Shown here: piece after piece, positions 50,030-61,510 of the stretch
Position numbering within the stretch: position 1 is the stretch's first letter
Layout of the letters: every line of letters begins with the position of its first letter
From: Camelus dromedarius
Lineage: Eukaryota
DNA length: 64,000 nt
Direction of reading: 5' to 3'
Assembly (NCBI RefSeq): GCF_036321535.1
Contig: NC_087442.1
Location: forward strand, 35,526,001 to 35,590,000
Program-made: the position numbers and the translations under genes
The notes under the pieces: generated by a model
Told to the model about the DNA's origin: nothing
Seen by the model: the letters and a program-made list of their open reading frames with translations, nothing else
The model's database searches: none

Positions 50030-50185
50030 ACTCTAAGCAATTTGCTTCTTAGTGTTTTTAAGAGAGTTTCCTCCCTTGGAAAAACAGAGCAAACAGTATC
50101 TGCCTCACAAGAGGGCTGTGAGATTTAGTTAATGCCTATAAAGTGCTAAGGATAACTGCTAGGATTACCAGTTAATGTTGCTGGT
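50030..50185 (+). mobile_element. Degenerate MIR
   Basis: 'agtatctgcctcacaagagggctgtgagatttagttaatgcctataaagtgctaag'. Confidence 0.6.
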
Positions 50186-50931
50186 TAATGCTGGATAGGG
50201 GAGCCTCGGTTTCAGCTGAGGCCCTTAGTGAGTTCATTCAGTTATTATCAGCCCAAAATGCTCATTTTATCTATCTTTAATTGCTTAACTGTGGACTATG
50301 GCTGTAGAAGTTTATGAACACATTTTATGAACAAATTAGTAAGTTCATAAAAAGGGCTAAATTAGAACTAATTTTCACCATTGATAAAGCTGAGGAAATA
50401 GGACACGGCATCTAGGTACCACTGTGAATTCAACAGGAAGCTCCAAGGAAGACAGAGCTGGACAATGAGAGGGGAAGAAACCATGAACATTTAAGTCACA
50501 GGTTTTAGCAGTCTTCATTCTGACTTCAAAACTAGCCATTTGATAAGAGGAAGACAACAAGCAATCTGAAAAAGAGGGCTGATAACCTCTGAGTCATGAG
50601 GGTCAAGCTCTGTAACTCTTCCTATTTTTTAATACTGATTTTTGAGAAGAATAGAAAGGACAAATCTATACAAAATAAAGAACTCATTTGCAGGCCATGG
50701 TTTTACTCACTTTGCCCACCTGTAGGCACAGAAGATAAAAAGAGGTAGAATGTGACCCAAAGCTCTGGGCCGTCCTTGCTCTCAGTTTTTAAGGAGCAAA
50801 GCCTGCTGCCTCAGGATTTTGTTGATGGAGGAAACAGGACCAGCCTCAGCCACTTCCCAACAGTCAAGTGACTTGACTGCTCCTAAACGGGACCCCAAAG
50901 GATGTAGAGAGCAAGCAGAAGGTAGCTATCC

Positions 50932-51391
50932 TAAGGGTCTGCTCACCCACACGCAGTAAAGTCAACCTACTGACACCAGGTTGTGGTTAAGGAAAGTGCA
51001 GTGTTTATTGTAGGGCTCCAAGCAAGGAGAGCAGGGCAGCTAGTGCTCAAAACACCTGAACTCCCTGATGGGTTCCAGGGAAGCATTTTTAAAGGCAAGC
51101 TGAGGGAAAGGAGGTACAGGGGATGTGATCAGCTCGTGCACAATCCTCCAATTGGTTGATGGTGAGGCAACAGGGCGGTGTCACAAGGGTTAACAATGTC
51201 AGTCCTTAGGCTTCAGTAGGCCTGTGCTCATGGTCATCAAGTAGTTAATGTCTTCCTTTTGGTGGTGGTTTTAGCCTCTGCAACAACTCAGGAAATGTGC
51301 ATCAGACACTGTTATCTAGATACTTCAGAGAGGAACTAAAACAGGGGACATGGGGGAGAGGTCTGCCCTGGAAAGGTCCTGCTCAGTTACA
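50932..51391 (-). mobile_element. Solo ERV1 LTR related to family A at its termini
   Basis: Minus start TGTAACTGAGCAGGACC...CCCATGTCC (compare A3 TGAAACTGAGCAGGACC); AATAAA on the minus strand near 51004; left boundary uncertain. Confidence 0.75.
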
Positions 51392-51489
51392 TTCCATTCA
51401 ACTCTTTACACTGGCTCTCCCAGCTTGCTCTTCCAAGTCCCTGAAGGAAATCATGGGTTGGTCCTATAGATATTCAGGTCAGCCTAGGT

Positions 51490-52170
51490 AATAAAAAGCC
51501 CTCTAAATTATTGGCAAGGATGTGGAGAAATTGGAGCCTTTGTGCTTTTTTGCTGGTGGCAATGCAAAATGGTACAGCTGCTGAGAAAAACAGCTTGGCA
51601 ATTACACAAAAGGTTAAACAGAATTAGCACATGACTACAATCAGCAATTGGTGTATACTCAAAGGAATCAAAAACAGGAACTCAAACAGAAACTAGTANN
51701 NNNNNNNNNNNNNNNNNNNNNNNNNNNNNNNNNNNNNNNNNNNNNNNNNNNNNNNNNNNNNNNNNNNNNNNNNNNNNNNNNNNNNNNNNNNNNNNNNNNN
51801 NNNNNNNNNNNNNNNNNNNNNNNNNNNNNNNNNNNNNNNNNNNNNNNNNNNNNNNNNNNNNNNNNNNNNNNNNNNNNNNNNNNNNNNNNNNNNNNNNNNN
51901 NNNNNNNNNNNNNNNNNNNNNNNNNNNNNNNNNNNNNNNNNNNNNNNNNNCAAATTCACAAAGACAGATATTAGAATAGTGGTTCTAGGGGTTNNNNNNN
52001 NNNNNNNNNNNNNNNNNNNNNNNNNNNNNNNNNNNNNNNNNNNNNNNNNNNNNNNNNNNNNNNNNNNNNNNNNNNNNNNNNNNNNNNNNNNNNNNNNNNN
52101 NNNNNNNNNNNNNNNNNNNNNNNNNNNNNNNNNNNNNNNNNNNNNNNNNNNNNNNNNNNNNNNNNAATTT
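51490..52170 (+). mobile_element. L1MA/L1MB ORF2 end and 3' UTR, partly N-masked (51699-51950, 51994-52165)
   Basis: 'tattggcaaggatgtggagaaattggagcc...gctggtggcaatgcaaaatggtacagctgct' and 'caaattcacaaagacagatattagaatagtggtt'. Confidence 0.88.
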
Positions 52171-53118
52171 TTGATCCCGCTAAGCATTTTGGGCAATAGA
52201 ATATCTGGCCAAATTTAATACTAAAACTTGATTCTTTATGCAGTTTTACTCTCCTCAGCCCCACCCGATCCCCCACTTCCTCCATCCGTGGGATAGATGG
52301 CCCTGAGGCCAGAAAACTTGTAGGGGGAAGCACAGGACATGTGGACACCTTCCTCTTCCTTGGTCTAGTTGCTGCTATACTCTGGGGCCCCTCAGGGGGG
52401 ATAAGAATGAGAGGCGGACAAGTGGGAAGATTAGTTGTCTTCCTGCTACGGTGCTCACTGACTTGAGCAGAGCTCAAGGAGAACTGTTTTGTGGAGGACT
52501 TTGGTAGGCTCTTCAGAGACCACTTCTCAGGACAAACACACACACACATGTACACACACACTTACACACAGGACCTCTTCTCAGTAGTTCCCCTGATGCT
52601 GTGCGACTCCTCCAACAGGTGCTGTTCAACTTCCTGCTCAGCTCCTGAGTTCCCATTCCCACTCTGCTCTGATGTTGCTGTCTCTTTGACCTCAGAGGCA
52701 ATCCTCTAAGATGCAGACTCCCTCAAGACAGTTGGGGGATCCAACTGCCTTCCACAGTATCTAAATACTGGCACATACAGCCCTGCTCCCCGCACCCTGG
52801 AAGAGGATGCTATTCCCAAGGAAGCCCTGTCTCTCTCCCCACAGCCACGTGAGGCTGCTCTAACCATAGCCTCCCTCTCACTTTAAACCTTCCAACATGA
52901 GTCAGATTCCAGTCCTGGTGACTCTCACAGTATAGGAGGCAGAGGTGAAGCTATTCTAGCAGTTTTTGTGAAGCTCCCCTTGGCGGGAACACACAACTGG
53001 GAGTCTCCTCTCTACAAAGAAATCATCTCTATGACTATTCTTCACCTTCTCTTCTATAACTCAGAGGTGGGCATTGGAAAATGGGGGCAGAACAAGACTT
53101 TACAATGTCTTAGCACAT

Positions 53119-53132
53119 CTGCCCTTTGCTGG
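53119..53132 (-). promoter_or_regulatory. Near-consensus CTCF core motif (one mismatch)
   Basis: Minus strand CCAGCAAAGGGCAG versus consensus CCASYAGRKGGCRS. Confidence 0.3.
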
Positions 53133-54479
53133 TGGTACTCAACATCTACTGTATTGCTTCCAGCCTTCGAAATCTCTGCCTTCCTCTAATGCAACAGCAA
53201 GAGTTGCATTTAGCATTCTGTTATAAGAGGTTTTTATTTGTTTGTTTGGGGCTTTTGATCATAAGATGTCCCGTGATGCAGAAATGTAATAAATAATATA
53301 CATTATGAGAGTTGTGGTAAACACAGCAAGAGAAACTACTGAAGGATGCTGGAGGGTATGAACAGATTTGCACAAATAGCATAGAGGGCTTCTAGGAAAG
53401 AAGGAATCAAAATCCTAACCTTTTGTCTCAAGATTCAGCCACTGAGCTCTGTGGACTACATTGGCACTGACTAAAGGTCAGGGCCCGAGAGGGCCAAGAG
53501 GCCTCTTGTGATTTAAAAAAAATAAATAACTGAGAGAGAGAGGAAAAGAGCCAGAGAGCTGGGCCAGCACCAAGCTGGGTAGTCAGTGGGGTGGTAATAT
53601 CAGGTCTTATCCAAGGCTGACTCCAGCATTTCTGCTGACAGAGCTCTTAAGATCCTCATCCTTCGGGAACTGGGAAACTTGTGGCTTAGTTTTCCCCAGG
53701 TCTATGAGCCCCACTGTGACATGGAATGTTTGATTTACTGGAACATTATTGTTTATTAATATCTCACACAGTTTAGCCTTTAGGTAAAAAATAGTATGTG
53801 TTAATATTCATGATCGCCAATAAATATAAACCATTAGATTGGGACAACTTGGACCAACTGAAAGCCATAATCAAAAATCCAGGAATTGGTGACAGAGGCG
53901 AAGAACTTTCCAGGTAATGCCACTGGCCTCAACCTGAGGAAGTACCAGGAGGTACTCCCCTTTCAGTATTCATGCAATGAAAGGTGACGCAATAGAGATG
54001 CTACAGCTGGTTGCTTATCCTACCTCTGCCAGGATGGCAGAGCTTCATTGGCTATCCTGGAGATCTGGCTCCCTCTTGATCCCTATCTTCCCCAGAATTC
54101 CATGGAGACGCTCGCTGGAACTCGGGTTATCCTAAATAGCATTTTTAATAAGAACAGTGGGTCTCCAAGAAGAATGTTTGTTCTACACCAGGAGGTTCTT
54201 AGACACCAGAAACATTAAGAAAGGGCAGCATTCTTAGGGAGTAGAAGTACCACTGAGGGGTGAGGGAGTGAGTACGTCTCACAGCCAGAAGTCACTGTTA
54301 AAGACTCAGGGAAATCCTGCCATATACATGTTTTTAACATTGTCTATCACCATGTACTCCAAGTTTATTGAACTACAACATTGAAATATTGTAGAAATAG
54401 CCATGACACATCAGTTTGGAAAATATTTTAGCAAATTACCTTGCCAGAACAGCTAACAGCCACCTGGCTAAGAGATGGA

Positions 54480-54585
54480 TCATAACTATTGCCCTCACAG
54501 GATTTTTGTGAGACTGAGATGAGCTGGTTGATGTGAAAGTTCCCAGCTCTGTGCCTAATACACAAGGGCTGCTCAAGGAGTACAG
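54480..54585 (+). mobile_element. MIR fragment
   Basis: 'tattgccctcacaggatttttgtgagactgagatgag...gtgaaagttccc...gtgcctaatacaca'. Confidence 0.6.
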
Positions 54586-54648
54586 TATTAGATGAACCAG
54601 AGTATGCATCCAAATCCTCATGCGCAAACAGCACACTAAAAAGGTGGA

Positions 54649-54686
54649 TGCGCGCACACACACACGCACACACACGCACACACACG
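54649..54686. repeat. Alternating purine/pyrimidine (CA/CG)n tract
   Basis: tgcgcgcacacacacacgcacacacacgcacacacacg, directly seen. Confidence 0.9.
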
Positions 54687-55164
54687 GAAGTGAGGTCTCA
54701 CACAGCCATGCATGTGTATCCCGTGTGTCCAAGGGCAGGGTAGGGGATACTGATGAGTAAAAGGGGAGGAACCAAAGGAAAACCTCCACCTTCCTCACAG
54801 CGGAGCTTGTGCTCCTATGCTTACCCTCTGGTTTCCTTACTCTTTCCACTTCTGACTTGATCCTCTCTTTCTTTTACAGCCCATTCCAAAAGACAAAAGC
54901 ATGCACAAGGCACAGATGATAGCTAACAGTAAAAACAGCAATGGAACACAGAAGGAAAAGGAAAACCCTGCAGAAGGTTACTCATCTTACACCACACTGC
55001 AGCACCCAAGCGGTCACAGCTTTAAAGCAAAGCAAGGCCACCATCTAGTGGAAAAGCAGAGGTGTCTGACATTGCAAATGTTATTTGCAAATGTTATGAA
55101 ACCTTCCTCCACCCTCCACATTAAATTTGGCAGCTGTTCTAAATCCATATGCCAACTAAATCAT

Positions 55165-55296
55165 NNNNNNNNNNNNNNNNNNNNNNNNNNNNNNNNNNNN
55201 NNNNNNNNNNNNNNNNNNNNNNNNNNNNNNNNNNNNNNNNNNNNNNNNNNNNNNNNNNNNNNNNNNNNNNNNNNNNNNNNNNNNNNNNNNNNNNNN
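55165..55296. other. 132-nt N block in unique sequence
   Basis: Directly seen; the flanks are not recognisable repeats. Confidence 0.95.
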
Positions 55297-56057
55297 CATA
55301 AATACTAATGCGTCAGTGAGATGAAATGAAAAAAAAAATCTGTCCTTCAGGCAGTAGGCTAAATAGAATAAAGGTAATTTTTTCTTCTTTCCTAGCAGTA
55401 GTGGGGAAAAATGAAAAATATGACAATTTTGAGGTCTTTTCACCTTTGGGCAATATATTTTTTCAATCCATCTAATTAAAACAAAGACTACATCTTAAAT
55501 GACAAATCAACCAAGTGATTTTTATAAGAAATAATAGCAGCACCAAAGACTACAAAGTCACTCTTTACATGTTGCAGTTTTAACGTGGAAAATCCTTGAA
55601 GGTACGTGAGAAACAGCACCTGACCACCCAAGACACGGTCAAGGAGTAAAATTATATGCCTCAGAGCTTAGCCTGCACCTTCCTGTCACTACTCAAAGTA
55701 GATGGGAAAAGTGATTTCAAAAGCATATAAATGAACAAAATTCAAAATAGATGCAACACAGTGGATAAGGAATATTATTGGGTACAAATTTGTTCCATGA
55801 TATTCTGAGGTAAGCACCTCATTTTCCAAGTAAAATTGAATCTGGTTAGGCTCTCACACCTACCTGCTGATGGGATGGCAAACGTCATCACTATTGGTGC
55901 GCCCTGCCTTACCATGTTTCTGAGAAATGTCTAAGAACCCCTGGGCGAAGATGGCGACAGGGAAACGTGGCAGGCCTGGCCTTTAGCCCCCATCTGTCAT
56001 CATCCACCTTCTGCTGCCTGAGTTTTCCATCAAGCACTGAACCTCTGTCCTCGACAG

Positions 56058-56603
56058 GACACTTTCTTATTTTCCTATTGTAGCTGTAACAAGCTATCAT
56101 AAATTTAGTGGCTTAAAAACAACACAAATTTATTATCTCACAATTCTCTAGGTTAGAAGTCTGAAATGGGTTTCCCTGGGCTAAAATCAAGGTGTTGGGA
56201 GGTCTGTGTTCCTTTCCGGAGGCTCTAGGGGAGAACCTATTTTCTTGCCTTTTTCACCTTATAGAAGCTGCCTTCATTCCTTGATTTAGTAGCCTTTCCC
56301 TCCACCTTCAAAGGCAGCAATGACAAGTCAAGTCTTTCTCAGGATACCAGCAAGTCTTTCTCAGGATACCCTCTCTCAGATTCTGACCCTTCTGCTTCTC
56401 TCTGACCTGTTTAAAGACTCTAGTGATTACATTAGGTCCATCTGGATAATCCAAGATAACCTCCTTATTATGTAAAGTCAGGTGATTAACAATCATAATT
56501 CAATCTGCAACCTTCATTCCCCCTTGTCAAGTACCTGAACATATTCGTGGGTTCCAGGAATTAATATGGACATCTTTGGGGGCCTGTTATTCTACTTACT
56601 ACA
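56058..56603 (-). mobile_element. MaLR LTR (MLT1D-like) with an internal 22-bp-period duplication
   Basis: Minus start TGTAGTAAGTAGAATAACAGGCCCCCAAAGATGTCC; 'caagtctttctcaggatacc' at 56329-56348 and 56351-56370. Confidence 0.85.
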
Positions 56604-57074
56604 GACACTATGATAGAAGCCCTACAAAGAAACCCCCTCTAGTGCTTTCCAACTTCTTTTTTACATCAGGGAACTCAGTGAAAATAAAAATACTTCATAA
56701 CATACTGGCACAACTGGATAACCCTGTCATGCCCCAGCACAATTTTGGGGAAACAGTCTACAATAACCACAGGTCTAGTCACAGGGGCTAACAATAATAC
56801 TATTAAGACTGAGACACTCAGGAATCAAATCACAAATCTGTATGCACTGTCTTCATGGAGTCTTCCAGGGCAGCTGAGTGGGAGGGGAAGCTCTGCCATG
56901 TTTAATCTGCCACCCCACTTTCTTCCAGTCTCAGAGGATCCCTCTCCATGAAGCCAGCACATAGCCATCTTCTTATCGAAGCACAAGCTTCCCCTGTCCT
57001 CCTGCCCTCTCCTTGCCTTGTCTGGGACAATGTAATGTGATTGCTTACTGCTTTCAACATTTGATGAAACATTT

Positions 57075-57240
57075 ATTTGAGTGGCAGTTGCTAGAATTGA
57101 ACTCAAACTGACTAATATAAAAAGGCTTTTTTTTTTTTTTTAATCTCATGTAACTGATGAGTCTAAGGGCTTCAGGCAAAGCTGGATCCAGGGCTAAATA
57201 TCTCTGTAGTCCTCCTTGGAATCTTTCTCTGTTCTCATAA
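57075..57240 (-). mobile_element. MLT1J/K-like fragment
   Basis: 'aatctcatgtaactga...gggcttcaggcaaagctggatccaggg'. Confidence 0.55.
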
Positions 57241-57403
57241 TGTAGCCCTTGACAGCATCAGGTTCATATCATTCTTTCTGTTAGTGGTCTCAGCTGAAAT
57301 CACATTCTATAAATTATCCAAACATGAATTGAGATTTCATTTGACCTACTTTATGATCAATTTTAAAATATTCTGTAAGTGTTGGAAAAGACAGAATTCT
57401 TTT

Positions 57404-58363
57404 TTTTTAATTGAAATACAGTTGATTTACAATGTTGTGTTAGTTTCTGGTGTGCAGTATAGAATTAAATTATATATATGTATTTTTCATATTCTTTTTC
57501 ATTGTAGGTTATTACAAGTTATTGAATATAGCTTCCTGTGCCATACAGTAGGACCTTGTTGTTTATCTATTTTATATATAGTAGTTTGTATCTGCCAAAT
57601 TTATCCCCCCTTCCTCCTTTTGTAATTTTAAGTTTGTTTTCTATGTCTGAATCTGTTTCTGTTTTGTAAATAAGTTGCATCATTTTTTTAGATTCCACAT
57701 ATAAGTGATATCATATGATATTTGTCTTTCTCTGTCTGACTTACTTCACTTAGTATGATAATCTGTAGGTCCAACCATNNNNNNNNNNNNNNNNNNNNNN
57801 NNNNNNNNNNNNNNNNNNNNNNNNNNNNNNNNNNNNNNNNNNNNNNNNNNNNNNNNNNNNNNNNNNNNNNNNNNNNNNNNNNNNNNNNNNNNNNNNNNNN
57901 NNNNNNNNNNNNNNNNNNCTGCCATGAACACTGGGGTGCATGTATCTTTTTGAATTGGAGATTTCTGCAGATATATGCCCAGGAGTGGGATTGCTGGATC
58001 ATATGATAAGTCTACTTTTAGTTTTTTAAGGAATCTCCATACTGTTTTTGATGGTGGCTGCACCAAATTACATTCCCACGAATAGTGTAGGAGGGTTCCC
58101 TTTTCTCCACACCCTCTCCAGTNNNNNNNNNNNNNNNNNNNNNNNNNNNNNNNNNNNNNNNNNNNNNNNNNNNNNNNNNNNNNNNNNNNNNNNNNNNNNN
58201 NNNNNNNNNNNNNNNNNNNNNNNNNNNNNNNNNNNNNNNNNNNNNNNNNNNNNNNNNNNNNNNNNNNNNNNNNNNNNNNNNNNNNNNNNNNNNNNNNNNN
58301 NNNNTAGTTGGGTTGATTAGGCTGTTTGTTTTTTTGTTACTGAGTTGTATGAGCTGATTGTAT
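57404..58363 (-). mobile_element. 5'-truncated camelid-type L1 (~960 bp) with a 13-bp TSD; two internal N blocks
   Basis: Minus translation [31 protein letters not shown]...KDTCTPVFMA is the ORF2p C-terminus; acagaattctttt (57391-57403) and acagaagtctttt (58364-58376). Confidence 0.92.
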
Positions 58364-59025
58364 ACAGAAGTCTTTTGTTTATAATTACCAAATAGGGGCC
58401 ATCTTCATTACGCCATTATTATGACTTTAAGAATGAAATTTAAATCACATGCTTAGGTGCCAACTCAGACAGCTCAAAGGGGTTGGAAGAAGGAAGATTT
58501 ACTATTTTCAAGGTTTTTAAAAGATAAGCTCATATATCCCCATTCAGGAAAGAGTGTCTGTATAAAAAGTGAAAAGCTGATTAAACTTTCTTAACTCAAT
58601 AAAAGTTCTTTCAAAGTTCCCCTTTGATCTCCGTATAAGTGAGGAGCCATATCCTAGTTTTATGAGTATCCAAAGATCCACCAGTATCAATATACAAATT
58701 GATTCTGTCTCCTTTCAAAAATAATTTCTTATAGGATAGTATCTCTGACAGTTGGACAATGATACTTGAACAGAAAATTATTTTCTAACACCATAATGTG
58801 CAAAAGAAAAATAACGAGAAAAAACTAATAGCTAAAGAGATGTAATCATTGGGAGGAAAAAAATCTGTTGAATGACTATGTTAGATTCTCAATATCTGTA
58901 TGAATGGATGTCATTTATTTGGTAAATCAAATTTTCCTTTTCAAATTAACCTATTTTATGTGATAAAGGATTTTGTAATGTTTCCAAAAATCAAATTGCT
59001 AAGACATACACATCTTGTGAGATGT

Positions 59026-60830
59026 CTCATTCATTCATTTAGTAAATATTTATTGAGTACCCACTCTATGCCAGTCACAGATCTAGGCACTTAAGAGACA
59101 TCAGTGAATAAAACAAAGATTCCTATCCTCACAGAACCTATATTCTATCAGGAGGAAATAGATAATAACATAATAAGTAAGCAAATAAGATAATAATGCT
59201 GCACTTTAAAAAAAATGGAGATGAAAGGGATGGGGAGGGTGGGGGAGGAGGGACACCAGGTAGTATAAAATAGGGTGGCCCAGGCGGTTCCATTGAAAAG
59301 GTGACATTTGAGCTAAGAATGGAAGAAGGTGGAAGGGCTGGCCATACGGCAGAAGAGTGGTCCAAAGAGAAGAAATAGCTAGTGCAAAGGCCCTGAGGAG
59401 GAAGCGTGCCTGGTACGTTCCTGGAAGAATAAGAAGCCTAGTCTGGCAGGAACAGTGTGAACAAGGGGGAAAAGAATAGATAATAAAATTAATGAGTTAA
59501 GGGGGAGAGTGAGCTGACTGAGTATAACCTTGTAGACTATTACAGAGGATTTAGTTTCTACTGTGGATGATAAGAGAGTAAATCAAAGGCTCTAGGCAGA
59601 GAAATGACAAGTTCTGACTTACCTTTTAAGAGGGTAGTCTTAGCTGCTGGTTTGGTAACACACTATAAGCAATAAAGGATGAAAATTTACCTTTATCCAC
59701 TAATCCATATGAGAGGTGATAGTGGTATTAGCATTGTGGTGGTAAGTTGTGAGATTCTAGAAAAATTCTGAAGGCATAACCAGTAGGGTTGGTTATGGGG
59801 TGGGAGTGCAAGAGCATGAAAAAAATTGAGAATCACTCCAAGGTTTCAACTGAGAACCTGGAAAGATGGATTTCCAATCAGCTGAGATGGAGCAGATCTG
59901 AGTTGGAATATCAAGAATTCCATCTGGGATATGTTGAGTAGTTTACACTTTGTAGTTGAATATATGAATCTGGAGTCTAGGAGAGAGTTCTGGCCTGGAG
60001 GTGGAAATTTGGAAGGGTCAGGTAAATTGATGACTTTAAAACCATGAAAAGAGACATGAAAGGAATGTAATCAGAAGAGAAGAGATGAGATGAATGGGCA
60101 AGGAAAGAAGAGAAAAGAGAAAAGAAAGAAGAGGGAGAAGAAGAGAGAGGAGGGAAGAAGCAGGACTGAGAAGATGCAAAGGAGACGTAAAGGAATCAGC
60201 AAAGGAAACTGAGGAGAAACCAACGAGGGACAAGATAAGCCAAGAGTTTGGTGGTCTGAGAGCTAAGTGAAGAAAGAATATTAAGGAAGAGGATGTTGAA
60301 CTGTGTGTAAGATGAGGTCTGAGAAATGACCAATTTATTTGTTATCTGACATTGGTTTTGCAATATGGGCCTCATCAACAACCCTGATGAGAGAAGTTCT
60401 GGTGGATGGTGGAAATGGAAACTCCTTGGAGAAGTTTTGCGACAAAGGTGAGCGAAGAAATGAGACAGTAATTGGTTGGAAAAGTGTAGCAAGAGAACAG
60501 TTTGTTTTTAATGGGAGAGAAACAGCAACAGGTTTTTTTCCCTCCCTGGTGAGAATTATTGAATGGAAAGCAAAAAATTGGTATTGGTAATAGGAGCAGA
60601 AGAGAAGAATTTCTGAAGAAGTATTTTTGCATGCTCTGAGTGATGTGATCCAGTGTGTGGCAGAGGGGTTGGCTCTGTGAGGGAACTTGAAGAGTTTATT
60701 GATCGTAGCTGTTCATGAAAAGGCAGAGAAAGTGGAGCTGCTGCTATAGGAAGATGATGGAAAACTTGGGAAGTTCTTTTCAGATTTAATTTTCTCAACA
60801 AAGAAAGAAGACTGCCAGCTATGGATGGGT
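59026..60830 (-). mobile_element. Long L2a element (~1.8 kb)
   Basis: Starts 'tcattcattcatttagtaaatatttattgagtacccactctatgccag'; continues with 'aaggtgacatttgagctaaga', 'agtgcaaaggccctgagg', 'gatgaggtctgagaaatgacca'. Confidence 0.9.
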
Positions 60831-61311
60831 ATGGATGCATTTATCTTTGCACCTTTTTCTTCCATCCAGGTGGATTTTCTAATTTCCCCAATACCAACTT
60901 ATATTCATAATTTTTATATCATTTTCCAGGTGGCAGACAAACAGAGAAGTCAGTGAGCACTCTGGGAATAAGAAAAGGGTTTTAGGCTCTTTTTTAGGCT
61001 CTTACCACTTAAGATGCATTACCATGCCATTAATCATGGGTATTCTATTTTTATGACCAATATCTAACTTTAATCCAGTGCTTCCTAATGTTTATAATAA
61101 AGAAAAGCACGGTAATATGATACACATGTGCTTTGCACTTTTGTCATAACTCTCTTCAAATCACTCTTCTAATAAGTTTTTTCTACTGCTTGCAATAGTA
61201 CTATAAGGGACATTTGTCCTAACACTTGTTCATGTAAAACTTTATTAGAGTTTTTAAAAGTTTGCCTTTTCCACAAAAGTTTGTTCTTTAATTAAATTTA
61301 AAAATATTTTA

Positions 61312-61510
61312 GTCCAGATTTTCCAAAGAGTGTTACATAGAATTCTTCTTTTAATTGGTCCAGAGAGATGCTCCTAGAAAAAAGCTTTTTTGATCATGGA
61401 TTATAGAAGTGCCTCAAACTATATCTGCTTCTTGGAGCTATCCAATGTAAAATTAGCATATAAAAGACTTTGAAAACCTTTGGAGAAACAGGAAAACCTA
61501 CAGTTTCCCA
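61312..61510 (+). mobile_element. MER103C-like hAT-Charlie fragment
   Basis: 'ttttccaaagagtgttacatagaa...agatgctcctagaaaaaag...cttcttggagctatccaatgtaaaattagcatataaaagactttgaaaacc'. Confidence 0.55.

Noticed and set aside
700-53000. Many TGA(C/G)TCA AP-1 sites across the window
   Set aside because: I counted roughly 14, close to the ~12 expected from base composition alone
39108-58373. Identical 'tacagaagtct' at the truncation ends of two L1 copies
   Set aside because: At 58.3 kb it is explained by the TSD; at 39.1 kb no convincing TSD exists; most likely coincidence
60099-60160. ~60-nt polypurine tract (triplex potential), and a G4-like motif at 59227-59252
   Set aside because: Both lie inside an L2 element and look like ordinary low-complexity expansion
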